Shown here piece after piece: positions 25,318 through 37,644 of a stretch of 64,000 bases of DNA (position 1 is the stretch's first letter; each line of letters opens with the position of its first letter). The stretch comes from Ginglymostoma cirratum (taxonomy: Eukaryota). Both the position numbers and the translations under genes were made by a program. The notes under the pieces were generated by a model. It worked only from the letters and a program-made list of their open reading frames with translations, was not told the DNA's origin and did not search any database. The stretch lies in assembly GCA_024137785.1 (NCBI GenBank), contig JAHRHZ010000032.1, positions 124,001 through 188,000 on the forward strand, read 5' to 3'.

Positions 25318-28300
25318 TAGAACATAGAACATTACAGAGCAGCACAGGCCCTTCGGCCCTCAATGTTGCACCGACCTGTGAAACCAATCTGAAGCCCATC
25401 TAACCTACACTATTCCATTATCATCCATATGTTTATCCAACGACCATTTAAATGCCCTTAAAGTTGGCGAGTCTACTACTGTTGCAGGCAGGGCATTCCA
25501 TGCCCTTACTACTCTCTGAGTGAAGAACCTACCTCTGACATCTGTCCTATATCTATCACCCCTCAATTTAAAGCTATGTCCCCTCGTGCTAGCCATCACC
25601 ATCTGAGGAAAAAGGCTCTCACTGTCCACCGTATCTAATCCCCTGATCATCTTGTATGTCTCTATTAAGTTACCTCTTAACCTTCTTCTCTCTAACGAAA
25701 CAGCCTCAAGTCCCTCAGCCTTTCCTCATAAGACCTTCCCTCCATACCAGGCAACATCTTGGTAAATCTCCTCTGCACCCTTTCCAATGCTTCCACATCC
25801 TTCCTATAATGCGGCGACCAGAACTGTATGCAATACTCCAAGTGCGACCACACCAGAGTTTTGTACAGCTGCAACATAACCTCATGGCTCCGAAACTCAA
25901 TCCCTCTACCAATAAAACCTAACACACCGTACGCCTTCTTAACAACCCTATCAACCTGGGTGGCAACTTTCAGGGATCTATGCACATGGACACTGAGATC
26001 TCTCTGCTCGTCCACACTACCAAGAATCTTACCATTAGCCAAGTACTCTGTATTTCTGTTACTCCTTCCAAAGTGAATCACCTCACACTTTTCCACATTA
26101 AACTCCATTTGCCACCTCTCAGCCCAGCTCTGCAGCTTATCTATGTCTCTCTGTAAGCTGCAACATCCTTCCGCACTATCCACAACTCCACTGACTTTAG
26201 TGTCGTCCGCAAATTTACTAACCCATCCTTCTACGCCCTCATCCAGGTCATTTATAAAAATGACAAACAGCAGTGGCCCCAAAACAGATCCTTGCGGTAC
26301 ACCACTAGTATGTGAAGTCCAGGATGAACATTTCCCATCAACCACCACCCTCTGTCTTCTTACAGCTAGCCGATTTCTTATCCAAACCGGTAAATCACCC
26401 TCAATCCCATGCCTCCGTATTTTCTGCAATAGCCTATCGTGGGGAACCTTATCAAACGCTTTACTGAAATCCATATACACCACATCAACCGCTTTACCCT
26501 CATCCACCTGTTTGGTCACCTTCTCAAAGAACTTAATAAGGTTTGTGAGGCACAACCTACCCTTCACAAAACCGTGTTGACTATCCCTAATCAAATTATT
26601 CCTTTCTGGATGATTATAAATCCTATCTCTTATAATCCTTTCCAACACTTTACCCACAACCGAAGTAAGGCTCACTGGTCTATAATTACCAGGGTTGTCT
26701 CTACTCCCCTTCTTGAACAAGGGGGCAACATTTGCTATCCTCCAGTCTTCTGGCACTATTCCTATAGACAATGATGACATAAAGATCAAAGCCAAAGGCT
26801 CTGCAATCTCCTCCCTAGCTTCCCAGAGAATCCTAGGATAAATCCCATCCGGCCCAGGGAACTTATCTATTTTCACACTTTCCAGAATTGCTAACACCTC
26901 CTCCTTACGAAACTCAATCCCATTTAGTCTAATAGCCTGTATCTCAGTATTCTCCTCGACAACATTGTCTTTTTCCTGTGTGAATACTGATGAAAAATAT
27001 TTATTTCGCGCTTCTCCTATCTCTTCTGACTCCACGCACAACTTCCCACTACTGTCCTTGACTGGCCCTAATCTTACTCTAGTCATTCTTTTATTCCTGA
27101 CATACCTATAGAAAGCTTTAGGGTTTTCCTTGATCCTACCTGCCAAAGACTTCTCATGTCCCCTCCTGGCTCTTCTTAGCTCTCTCTTTAAGTCCTTCCT
27201 GGCTAACCTGTAACTCTCAAGCGCCCTAACTGAGCCTTCACGCCTCATCTTTACATGAGCCTCCTTCTTCCTCTTGACAAGAGATTCAACTTCTTTAGTA
27301 AACCACGGTTCCCTCACTCGACCACCTCCTCCCTGCCTGACAGGGACATACTTATCAAGGACACGCAGTAGCTGTTCCTTGAACAAGCTCCACATTTCAA
27401 TTGTGCCTAGCCCCTGCAGTTTCCTTCCCCATCCTAAATCTTGCCTAATTGCCTTTTCCCCAGCTATAACTCTTGCCCTATGATATATACCTATCCCTTT
27501 CCATCGCTAATGTAACTGAATTGTGGTCACTATCACTAACGTGCTCACCTATCTCCAAATCTAACACGTGGCCTGGTTCATTACCCAGTACCAAATCCAA
27601 TGTGGCCTTGCCTCTTGTTGGCCTATCCACATACTGTGTCAGGAAACCTTCCTGCACACATTGGACAAAAACTGACCCATCTAAAGTACTCAAACTATGG
27701 CGTTTCCAGTCAATATTTGGAAAGTTAAAGACCGCATAACAACTCCCTGTTACTTTCGCTCCTATCCAGAATCATCTTTGCAATCCTTTCCTCTACATCT
27801 CTGGAACTTTTCGGAGGCCTATAGAAAACTCCCAACAAGGTGACCTCTCCTTTCCTGTTTCTAACCTCAGCCCATACTATCTCAGTAGACGAGTCCTCAT
27901 CAAACGTCCTTTCTGCCACCGTAATACTGTCCTTGACTAACAATGCCACACCTTCTTTTTACCACCTTCCCTGATCTTACTGAAACGTCTAAACCCCGGA
28001 ACCTGCAACAACCATTCCTGTCCCTGCTCTATCCATGTCTCCGAAATGGCCACAACATCGAAGTCCCAGGTACCAACCCATGCTGCAAGTTCACCCGCCC
28101 TATTCCGAATGCTCCTGACGTTGAAGTAGACACACTTCAAACCACCTTTCTGCCTGCCAGTACACTCCTGCAACCTTGAAACCTTATTCATGACCTCACT
28201 ACTCTCAACCTCCTGTACACTGGACCTACAATTCAGGTTCCTATTCCCCTGCTGAATTAGTTTAAACCCTCCCGAACAGCATTAGCAAACATCCCCCCCA

Positions 28301-28735
28301 GGATATTGGCACCCCTTTGGTTCAGGTATAGACCATCCCGTTTGTAGAGGTCCCACCTACCCCAGAATGAGCCCCAATTATCCAGGTATTTGAATCCCTC
28401 CATCCTGCACCATCCTTGTAGCCACGTGTTGAACTGCTCTCGCTCCCTATTCCTCGCCTCGCTAGCATGTGGCACGGGTAACAAACCGGAGATAACAACT
28501 CTGCTTGTTCTAGCTCTAAGCTTCCACCCTAGCTCCTTGAATTTCTGCCCTACGTCCCCTTTCCTTTTCCTACCTATGTCGTTGGTGCCTATGTGGACCA
28601 CGACTTGGGGCTGCTCCCCCCATCCCACCTTTAAGGATCCCAAAAACACGATCCAAGACATCACGGACCCTGGCACCTGGGAGGCAACACACCAACCGCG
28701 AGTCTCTCTCGTTTCCACAGAACCTCCTATCTGTC
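25318..28735 (-). mobile_element. Long young CR1 LINE: 3' part of ORF1 (SGNH esterase), endonuclease and RT; frameshifted
   Basis: ORF1 motifs PGARV, HIGTND and DGLYLN (28257-28718). Endonuclease fragments at 27478-28191. A 567-aa RT ORF at 25692-27395 with FADD, and an (AGAACAT)n tail. Confidence 0.97.
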
Positions 28736-28804
28736 CACATCCTCAAAGGTATGCAATATGGGAAGGTAACCTGCAAGGTGCCCAACATTCTGGTTAAAGA
28801 ACAA

Positions 28805-29445
28805 TTGAATTGTTGTTGCCACATGTACTGAGATACAGTGAAAAGTGTTGTTTGTGTCCTATTCAGGTAGATTGTCCCATACAAATTGCATCAGGGTAGC
28901 AGAACAGAGTGTAGACTATAGTGTTACAGCCACAGAGAAGGTGCAGAGTGAGAGATCAGAATTAACATTTAAGATGTCCATACAAAACTCTAATAAAAGC
29001 GAGGAAGAAGCTGTTCTTGAGTCTATACGTGTATTCTAACATTTATATCTTCTGCCTGATGGGAGAGGGTAGCAGACAGCGTAACTGGGGGTGGGAGAGG
29101 TCTTTGATTATGTTGGTTGCTTTCCTGAAGTGGGAAATATAGATGGAGTCAATGGATGGGAGGCTGGTCTGCGTGATGGATTGGGCTGCATTCACAACTC
29201 TCTGTAGTTTCTTGTGTCTTAGGAAGAGCAGTTGCCATACCACGCTGTGATGCATCCAGATCTATAAAAATTGTTAAGAGACATTGGGGACATGCCAAAT
29301 TTCCTTAGTCTCCTGAGGAAGGAGAGATGTTATTGTGCTTTCTTGACTGTTGCGTTGATGTGGGAGGATCAGGACGGGTTGTTGGTGATCATTACTCCCA
29401 GGAACTTGGTGCTCTCAGCCATCTCCATCTCAGCATCATTGAGGT
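28805..29445 (-). mobile_element. Rex1/Babar-like LINE 3' fragment
   Basis: KKLQRVVNAAQSITQTSLPSIDSIY..RKATNIIKDLSHP..LLPS is typical of the Rex1/Babar ORF C-terminus. Confidence 0.8.
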
Positions 29446-30834
29446 TAAAAGAGACATAAATGTCCTTAGCACCAATCACAGGGTGTTAGTGAGCAGAAAT
29501 GATAATCAATGTGAATGGCAACACCAGCTGTACACAGCAGTTTGCCACCACACAACAGCACGTAGTTTCTGAAGCTCCAAAACAGGTGCCAGGCGTGCAA
29601 ACAAAGTGTGAGTAAAAATCATCCCTTGGATCTTTAAAGACCTAACCCAACTCCAAGTAACTTTTAGTCGGGCAGAACACTCCAGCATAAACTTTTAAAA
29701 CTTTTAATCTGTAATGCCTGTGATAGAATTCCCACACATGTGAGCCGTCAGGATGGTTTACTGATTTAAAGGTGCTATATACATGCAGTTTTTTGATTAT
29801 TGCCTGATAGGAAAAAAATGCTTTATCTTAATATTTTATCGCCTGATCACCAACTATCCTGTTATATTGTATTATAAAGTAATGTAAAAGCTGTATTTAT
29901 TTCATTGTCTCTATTTCTGAACATAGAGACCCTGGAGTACCACTGCTAGAAAAGGATCGATCCATGAGTGAGCACTCTAGTGTTCAGTTACCAATATGCA
30001 ACACATGTCAGGAACACAGAAGACTGAGACAATCTTATTGGCTGGTTTTACCTAGGGCTTAATATGAAGATGTTTGCTCATATGCTGAAGTGCAAACAGT
30101 AATTGGGTTGTACATAGATTTCAACTACTACCTCAGCTCTTGAGAGTTACCTGTCGGAACCAGCATTCAAAATGCTTTTCAATGGGGAATGGTCTGTGCC
30201 AATGCACTGACGAATGGGCACAAACCATATGTACAGTTTACAGTCAGTTGTGCTGCACTTGACAGTAGAACCTGCTTATCTCGCAGTGGCTTGTCAACTA
30301 TGTAATTACTTTCCGCATTAACAGTTGGAGCAGAGACTCCTCAGGGTTGGATTGACTCCAATGTGATTCAGCTCGCCATGACAGATTAGAATTGAATGAA
30401 CTTGTCAACAAATTGGCTTGGACATGTAAGTGTTACTACAGAAAGCTGTATCAGCCACCTAGCTAACCAAAAGGAAGTGAAATCAGTTTGGTCAGCCACA
30501 AGTCACTTCGTGGATACAAGTCCAGAACACAGAATTGTTTCAGTTAACACTGATTGGTACCAAAGTGCTTGTATCACTCAGAACAGCTTCAGTAGGAAAC
30601 AGAAGTCTCATAAGGGTGCGAGATGTTCCCCTATATCACAACATGTATTGGAGAAGTGGAGATTTAATAGAATGTTTTAAAGTTATGAAATGTACTGTCG
30701 TAGTGAGTTGAGAAGGACAGATTTAGCTGTTTGTGAATCAACAGTTAATTGCTGTCTTGATGTCAATGGCAGTCACCCCAGCATTCCTTCTGGAGTTCAG
30801 TTCCCTTGTCCCTCTTCAGATCAAGGTTGCAACA

Positions 30835-31110
30835 TTGATTGATTGATTGTCACATGTACCAAAGTAGAGTGAAAAGCTTTTTTTACGAGTAGTACAAGTA
30901 GATCATAGCAAGCAAAGATGTATAGATCAAAAAGACTTAGAGGTATACAAGTTACATTGCACTGGGCGCGCGCTAGTTGAGATCAATGTTAGCAAGACCA
31001 GCATCATTTGAGGCTAGAGAGTCCATTCATCAGTCTAATAATGGCTGGGAAGAAGCTGTTCCTGGACCTGATAGTGTGTGTGTGTGTTCAAGCTTCTGTA
31101 TCTTATGCCT
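30835..31110 (-). mobile_element. Rex1/Babar-like 3' UTR fragment
   Basis: Homologous to 28805-29060 (CACATGTAC..AGTGAAAAG, GAAGAAGCTGTTC). Confidence 0.65.
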
Positions 31111-31199
31111 GCCTGCATGGTCTTGGCAGAACCCAAGCTGAGGATCAATGAGCAGGTTATTATTGTGCTTGATAGCACTTAATTCCTTCCAAACACATG

Positions 31200-32953
31200 A
31201 CATTTGATCATCTCTGATATACCTAGATGTTTTCCAATACTAATGCATGGGGAACACATATAACAAACCTCTGTGAAATCTAAAAGGAATCAAACTGTTG
31301 GACAATCCAGTATCAGCATAGGCACTGGAGATGATAACAGCAAAGTGCTCCCTACTAACATTTAGGGACTCATGCCAAAATAGGGTTAGTTAAGCAAAAG
31401 CCTGACATAGTCATACTCATGGAATCATCTTACTGAAAAATTCCCTAAGCAACACCATCACCATCCCTGGGTATATCTTGTCCCACCAGCAAGACAGACC
31501 ATCCAGTTGTATGAAGTGAGGGGTTGGGGAGGGGGTGATGCCCTGGGTATTCTCAACATTAATTTCAGATCTCATAACATCCTATGGATTCAAGTCAAAC
31601 ATGGGCAAGGGAATCTCCTGCTGATCACCACCTACAACCTCCCACTCCCCAGCTGATGAATCAGTGTGTCTCTATGTTGAACAACACTTGGAAGAAGCAC
31701 TGAGGAGGACAAGGGGATAGAATATACTCTGGAGGGTGACTTGAGTGTCCATCACCAAGAGTAACTTGGCAATGCCGATACTGACCAAGCTGGCCCAGTC
31801 CTAAAGGATATACCTGCTGGACGGAGTATGCACAGATACTGAGGAAACCAACAAGAGGAAAACTATTTGACCTAATCCTCACCTGTTGCATACATATCAG
31901 TCCATGACATTATTAGGAAGAGTAACCATTGCACAATCCTTGTGGAAACGCAATCCTGTCTTCACATTGAGAATATCTTCCATTGTTTTATGCTAAATGG
32001 GGTCAACTTGAAACTTATCGTACAACTCAAAACTAGGAATCCATGTGGCTATATGGCGACGTGATGGCCTAGTGGTGTTATCACCGGACTGTTAATCCAG
32101 AGAGCCAGGTAACATTCTAGAGGCCAGGGTTTGAATCATGCCACAGATGACGGTGGAATTTGAATTCAATAAAAAAAAAATCTGGAATTAGGAATCCAAT
32201 GATGACCCCAAAGCCATTGTCGATTGTCAATCTGGTTCACTAACGTCCTTTAAGGAAGGAAACTGCCATCCTTACCTGGTCTGGCCTACATGTGACTCCA
32301 GACCCACAGCAATGTGGTTGACTCTGAACTGCCCTCTGGGCAATTAGGGATGGGCAATAAATGCTGCCTAGCTAGTGACGCCCTCATCCCGTTAAATGAA
32401 TTTTAAAAAAAAGTTCTGGGCCATCAACAGCAGCAGATTGTATTCAATCACAGATTGTAATTTCATTTTCCCCACTGTACTATTATCAACAGGCCAAAGG
32501 ATCAACACAGGACAGCATACCAAGAGAAGCACCAGGCATACCTACAAAGGAACTGTCAGCCTGTCAAGCATCCACTCCTTCCACCACCAACACTCAGTAA
32601 CAGCCATGTGTACTATCTACAAAAGCACTGCAGAAATTCACCAAAAATCTTTAGGCAGCACTTTCCAAACCCACAACCTCTTCCATCCTGAAGGACAAGG
32701 GCACCAGATACATGGGAACACCGCCACCTTCAAGTTTCCCTCCAAGCCACTCACCACCCTGACTTGGAAATATATCACCATTCCTTCAAAATCCTGGAAT
32801 TCCCTCCCTAAGGGCATTGTCAGTCATCCCACAGCAGCTGGACTGCAGTGCTTCAAGAAGGCAGCTCACAACCATCTTCTCAAGGACAACTAGGGATGGG
32901 CAAAAATGCTGACCAGCCAGCGATGCCCACATCCCACAAATGAATAAAAAAAA
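31200..32953 (+). mobile_element. Internally deleted L2/CR1-group LINE (endonuclease + 3' end) with nested SINE
   Basis: KQKPDIVIL, TITIPGYILSHQQDRP and QVKHGQGNLLLITTY endonuclease motifs. C-terminus SIHSFHHQHSVTAMCTIYK; tail ...CACATCCCACAAATGAATAAAAAA. Confidence 0.75.
32055..32412 (+). mobile_element. tRNA-derived SINE (family 2)
   Basis: Colinear with 24560-24904. Confidence 0.88.
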
Positions 32954-33170
32954 ACCTGGTGAAGCTACAACATAGGATAAGTTGCACGCCAAACCACATA
33001 AGCATAAAGCAATCCCACAACCATCTCATTAGATGCATGTTCTGCAGTCTTGAACATCTAATTGTGAATGGTGGTGGGCAATTACACAACTGACAGGAGG
33101 AAAAAGTCAGTTTCAGTTTGCTATTACTTCATTCTTGACAAAGCACTTCAGTCATTTCATTTTGAAACAA

Positions 33171-33329
33171 AAAGGCTGACGTTTTGGGTCTGGACCCTTT
33201 TCTGAAGAAGGGTCCAGAACCAAAACGTCGGCTTTCCTGCCCGTCTGATGCTGCTTGGCCTGCTGTGTTCATCCAGCTCCACACCTTGTTATCTCAGATT
33301 CTCCAGCATCTGCAGTTCCTACTATCTCT
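33171..33329 (+). mobile_element. Penelope-like pLTR remnant with short inverted 5' segment and degenerate hammerhead
   Basis: CTGAAGA-AGGGTCCAGAACC-AAAACGTC followed by the same tail as 37335-37430. 33171-33199 is an inverted copy of 33208-33235. Confidence 0.85.
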
Positions 33330-33448
33330 GAATTCAATCATTGTTGCTGTGTTATCCATTTTATTAGACCTGTCCCAAATCAGGATGCTATTGTCCCTGT
33401 GATATACAAAGAATAGCCAATTTAAAGAAAATGTAAACCGTTACTTAC

Positions 33449-33517
33449 TTGATATTGGTCTTCTGTATTTGGTTGGTTTGCAGGAATATCTTCATGTTTT
33501 CCTTTTGCTTTGGTCAG
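33449..33517 (-). CDS. CD247: CD3-zeta exon 3: LTKAKGKHEDIPANQPNTEDQYQ
   Basis: ttgttttcaaag|CTGACC...TATCAA|gtaagt, 69 nt, phase 0/0. Juxtamembrane basic residues; ends Y-x. Confidence 0.92.
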
Positions 33518-34733
33518 CTTTGAAAACAAAATGTAAAGGACATATTGCACAAAATAAATTTCATTTACTAATCCTGCTGTATATCACTAATATCGCTCAT
33601 TAAAATAACCAGCAATATACTCATGCTACAAACTAATTTGTTTGTTATGTAATGAGAAACTAGTTCATATGTAGTCAGTAGAGTGCCCTGAAAGCACAAA
33701 AGAAAAGAGTGACCATTCACAGAATATCCTGCACCCACAAGGCTGTGTACAGGGGAGAAAATGTAACATAAAATTAGCAAAATCTCCAATGATTTGTTTG
33801 TGAGTATGGTAATAGCAAACAAATACCATGTTAAGATATGCAAGGAAGTAAATGTATATGGAACAAAACACTAAATATCCTTTGAACTGACACCAGTACT
33901 ACTTTTGTAGCAGAATTTAATCAGAAGTCTGCTAAAATTAATATGCTAATTGTTGTTGACTGATCATAAACTCCCCGCTGTGCAAGCTTATGATCTGTAC
34001 CAGGAAGGAAACAAAATATTCCCACAGATGAATAGACAACCATCTCACTTTTTCTTTTTTTAAAATAAATGTCATTTTCATCCATGTGGTTTCATTAATT
34101 TAATGCTTGGTAAAGAGATGAAGCATTGAAACATCCAAATAAATGTGTTTTCTATGCTGGTAATTGCCACAGATCCCACAGGGCAAAGAGAAATCAGCTC
34201 CAATAAATCATGCTGTGATAAAGCAGAAAAATGTATCTAATTAAAAATATAATGCTTTATGTGCTTACAGCCACATTCACATTGTTTGAAGGATCTATAC
34301 AATTGGAGGAGTTGGGGGGTGGGGGTGTGCAGGGCAGTTTACTATTCCACTTCAAAAAAACAGTCACAACAAAAACATTTGAAGTTAGATTACCGAGTTT
34401 AACATTAGCAAAATAAATGGAGACTGTCGCCCTAGTTTAGCCAAACCAGGAAATTCCTGGCATGGGAAATAATTGATGCCGTAATGTATCATTCAACGCT
34501 GCAGCACATTGATACATCAAAGTGTACATTGTGGCACTCACTAGAACTGTTCATGTATCACAGCACTAATGTTGATTGATTGTACAGGTTCAACTAGTGC
34601 ATTATCTGTATGTTTAAGAAAAATTACATTTAATGCTACAAAATGACCTATGTACTGTTCTTCATTTATAACCAATATTTAATTTCTAGTTCATCTGATG
34701 CTCAACAATAACAGATAATGGTAAATGACTTAC

Positions 34734-34837
34734 CCTCAGCTTAAGGTAGAGACCAGTGACTACAATCCCATAGACAAAGAGAATTCCGTCGAGAATATAA
34801 CACAACTTGGGGTCATCCAGGTTCATAACGTCAGCAT
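34734..34837 (-). CDS. CD247: CD3-zeta exon 2 (ectodomain + TM): xADVMNLDDPKLCYILDGILFVYGIVVTGLYLKLR
   Basis: cattttgacag|ATGCTG...CTGAGG|gtaagt, 104 nt, phase 1/0, as in human exon 2. Has the diagnostic DPKLCYxLDGILFxYG with the dimer Cys, TM Asp, Tyr and Thr. Confidence 0.98.
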
Positions 34838-37061
34838 CTGTCAAAATGGCAAACAAAAAATGCCTCCTCAGTCATTGGTCCAAATGTATTTTCTAATGTT
34901 AATTTATTTCTGAATTCTTCACTAAATATCCCAAGGTATTTTGTCATAAGCTTGCAGTTGATCACAATACTTTGCATTTCACTTGAATACTTAAAGCTAA
35001 TTTGGTGAATGTGATGATTCTCCACTCAGTTCAATGTTATCAATTGGTCACAGTCATAGTGTTGGTGATCCTTGAGGAATACAATGTATACAGTAAGATA
35101 CAAAATAGACTAAGTTAAGGTTAAAAGAAGGAGGAGTATTTATTAGGGGACCGCACTTGAAAATGTTCTTCATCATGACATGGGTCAGGCCTGATGGACC
35201 AACTAGTCCATTCTTGCTCATTTATTTTGTCCATATGTATGTATTTCAAAGTTTGTAATTCATCTGTGTATTCCTTTGCATTATTCCAGCTGCTGTTGAA
35301 ACCTTCATTCATGCTGAAATCACCTCCAGATCACGTCACCCATTTTTCATAAACGTACACTAACCCACCTGTATCCTATTCTGCAGGAATCACATTGGCC
35401 CATTAATTCTATCCCGCCATGGCCATTAGACACCAGTTCCCCAGTGCCTCAGTTTAAAAGTTTCATTCTCCCGTTTAAATCCATTCATGGTCTTACCCAT
35501 CCCTAACTCTGTAACCTCCTCTGGATTCTTTATTCTTCTGATCCTGGCCTCAAATGTCTTCAAATAAAACAAAGAACTGCTGATGCTGAAGGTCCGAAAG
35601 TGCTCAGAAACTCTCACACCTTCCACCCCACTTCACCTTAATGTCAGCAGTCACGTCTTCAGCCAACTCGGTCGTGTCTTCTGTGATTCACTCCCTAAAT
35701 CTCACAAACACTCCCATTCATTCAACTCAATCCTTAAAACCCTCTGCACTCATGTCACATTTCATCACCTCACTTCATATTTCCTTCTTTGGTGTGACGT
35801 TCATTTTTATGATTGTGTCATTATTTTATTATTCCTGGGATGTTACCGCTGTTGGCAGGACTAGTATTTACTGCCCATCGCTAATTGCCCTTCAGAATTA
35901 AAGTGGTGGTGAGCTGGCTCCTTGAACAACTACATTCCACGTGGTGTAGGTACACCCACAAGTGCTGTTTGGAAGGGAATTCCAGGATTTTGTCCCAGCA
36001 ACTCTGAGGGAATGATGACACTTTTCCAAGTCATGATGGTGAGTAGCTTAGAGGGGAACTTGCAGGTGATGGTGTTCTTATGTATCTGCTGCCCTTGTCC
36101 TTAGAGATTGTCATGGCTACAGGCTGGGAAGGTCCTGTTGAGGCAACTTCATGAAACATTTTGCATTTGAAGTGCCTACGTGTAAACTGCACATTACGGT
36201 TGCAAAGTTATTTGGGCCGATATTTCCTTGAGGTGACAGGGTCTTGGCAGCCAGCTGGAGAGCTGGCAAAAGCCCTGGGTTGCCTCCTGTGGAAGGCCTG
36301 CCTAGTTAGGTGCCACTCTGCATTCTTCTACCTTATTAAATGCCCATTGGCACAAAGCTTGCTATGGAGCAGATGTGAAATTCTGCCCCTGGTTTGTTCA
36401 TCGAGATGTTTGCTGATCTTCTCAATTATTAACATTTTCATGTTCAAACCTGCATAAAGAAATTAGATTTCGGAGAGGAGCTGCCTGTGAATAGTGAATT
36501 CGGATTTGTTACATCCATCTGAGAGGGCAGACAGTGAGCCAGACCGCGAGAATGTTCTAATTTAGATCCCAAGTAGCTCGCAACTCCCGATTCCTGCTTT
36601 TCTTACCAATCATAATGTCACTCCTGTCAATTTAATTGAGGAGTGAAACCTGAACAATCCAATGAACAGAAACTGAACTCACGACATAAATGTAATGGCT
36701 ACAAGACCTTCAGCAAGTAACTCACCTCCTGCCTCCCCAGTGGCTGCCCACGATCTACAAGGGACATGACAAGAGTGTGATGGAATACTCTCCAATTACT
36801 TGAGGAGTATAAATCTAATTACATTCAGGAAGCCTACACCATCCAAGACAACGCAGCCTGCTTGATTCTCAGTTCGCAACAAACAACTGCACCTCCCAGT
36901 CGCGAACCATTTCAACTCCCCCTCCCATTCCTCAGATGACATGTCCATCCTTGGCCTCCTACAATGCCACAGTGATGCCACCCGAAGGCTGCAGGAACAG
37001 CAAATCATATTCAGCCTGGGAACCCTGCAGCCCAATGGCATCAATGTGGATTTCACAAGCT

Positions 37062-37161
37062 NNNNNNNNNNNNNNNNNNNNNNNNNNNNNNNNNNNNNNN
37101 NNNNNNNNNNNNNNNNNNNNNNNNNNNNNNNNNNNNNNNNNNNNNNNNNNNNNNNNNNNNN
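37062..37161. other. Assembly gap (100 N)
   Basis: Run of N. Confidence 1.
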
Positions 37162-37300
37162 ACCTACACTCACCTTTACTGGCTCCATCCCCGCCTCTTC
37201 GACTTGTCTGCCTCCTCTCCACCTATCCTCTCCTCTATCCATCCTCTATCCGCCTCCCCCTCTCTCCCTATTTATTTCAGAACCCTCTTCCCCTCCCCCA

Positions 37301-37334
37301 TTTCTGATGAAGGGTTTAGGCCCGAAACGTCAAG
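37301..37334 (+). ncRNA. Minimal type I hammerhead ribozyme (PLE-type), intact core
   Basis: ttt-CTGATGA-a-gggtttaggccc-GAAAC-GTC-aag: conserved boxes, stem II ggg/ccc, GUC cleavage triplet. Confidence 0.8.
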
Positions 37335-37644
37335 TTTTCCTGCTCCTACGATGCTGCTTGACCTGCTGTGTTCATCCAGCCCCATGCTTGTTATCTCGGA
37401 TTCTCCAGCATCTGCAGTACCTTTTATCTCTGATTCATACCCCACCTGCCTCCCTAACCATTGACTCCCTTCATTACAAGCACCAATGATAGCAGCATTA
37501 CCAGCCACAAGATTCACTACAGCGACTTCTGAAACTATGATTTCACAACCTAAAAGAAAAGGAGCAGCAAATATTTGGGAATACTATCACCATCAAGTTC
37601 CCTCCAGATCACACAACATCCTGATAGGAATATATTTTGTTTCC

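Larger units (their letters stand above)
22780..28790 (+). mobile_element. Degenerate RTE-clade LINE, interrupted by a SINE and a CR1
   Basis: AALICHELHNCKVEIAALKETRL, GIGKMNNNRQRLLECC and PGIDGLPAELLK motifs. The terminal GHACRIED / HILKGMQYG motif is split by the CR1 at 25318-28735. Confidence 0.8.
36869..37430 (+). mobile_element. 5'-truncated Penelope-like element (GIY-YIG C-terminus + pLTR), inserted in an L2/CR1-group LINE; spans the N gap
   Basis: HLPVANHFNSPSHSSDDMSILGL..RRLQEQQIIFSLGTLQPNGINVDF. TGATTC is duplicated at 36863-36868 and 37431-37436. Confidence 0.92.

Noticed and set aside
29761-29803. Possible extra Tyr-containing exon (AIIKKLHVYSTFKS) that might add a fourth ITAM
   Set aside because: It resembles a SINE tail (TGCATxTATATAGCACCTTT), and inserting it would break ITAM1.
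37062-37161. Gap as a possible hiding place for exon 1
   Set aside because: Both flanks are colinear parts of one PLE with an outer TSD, so the missing sequence is probably short.
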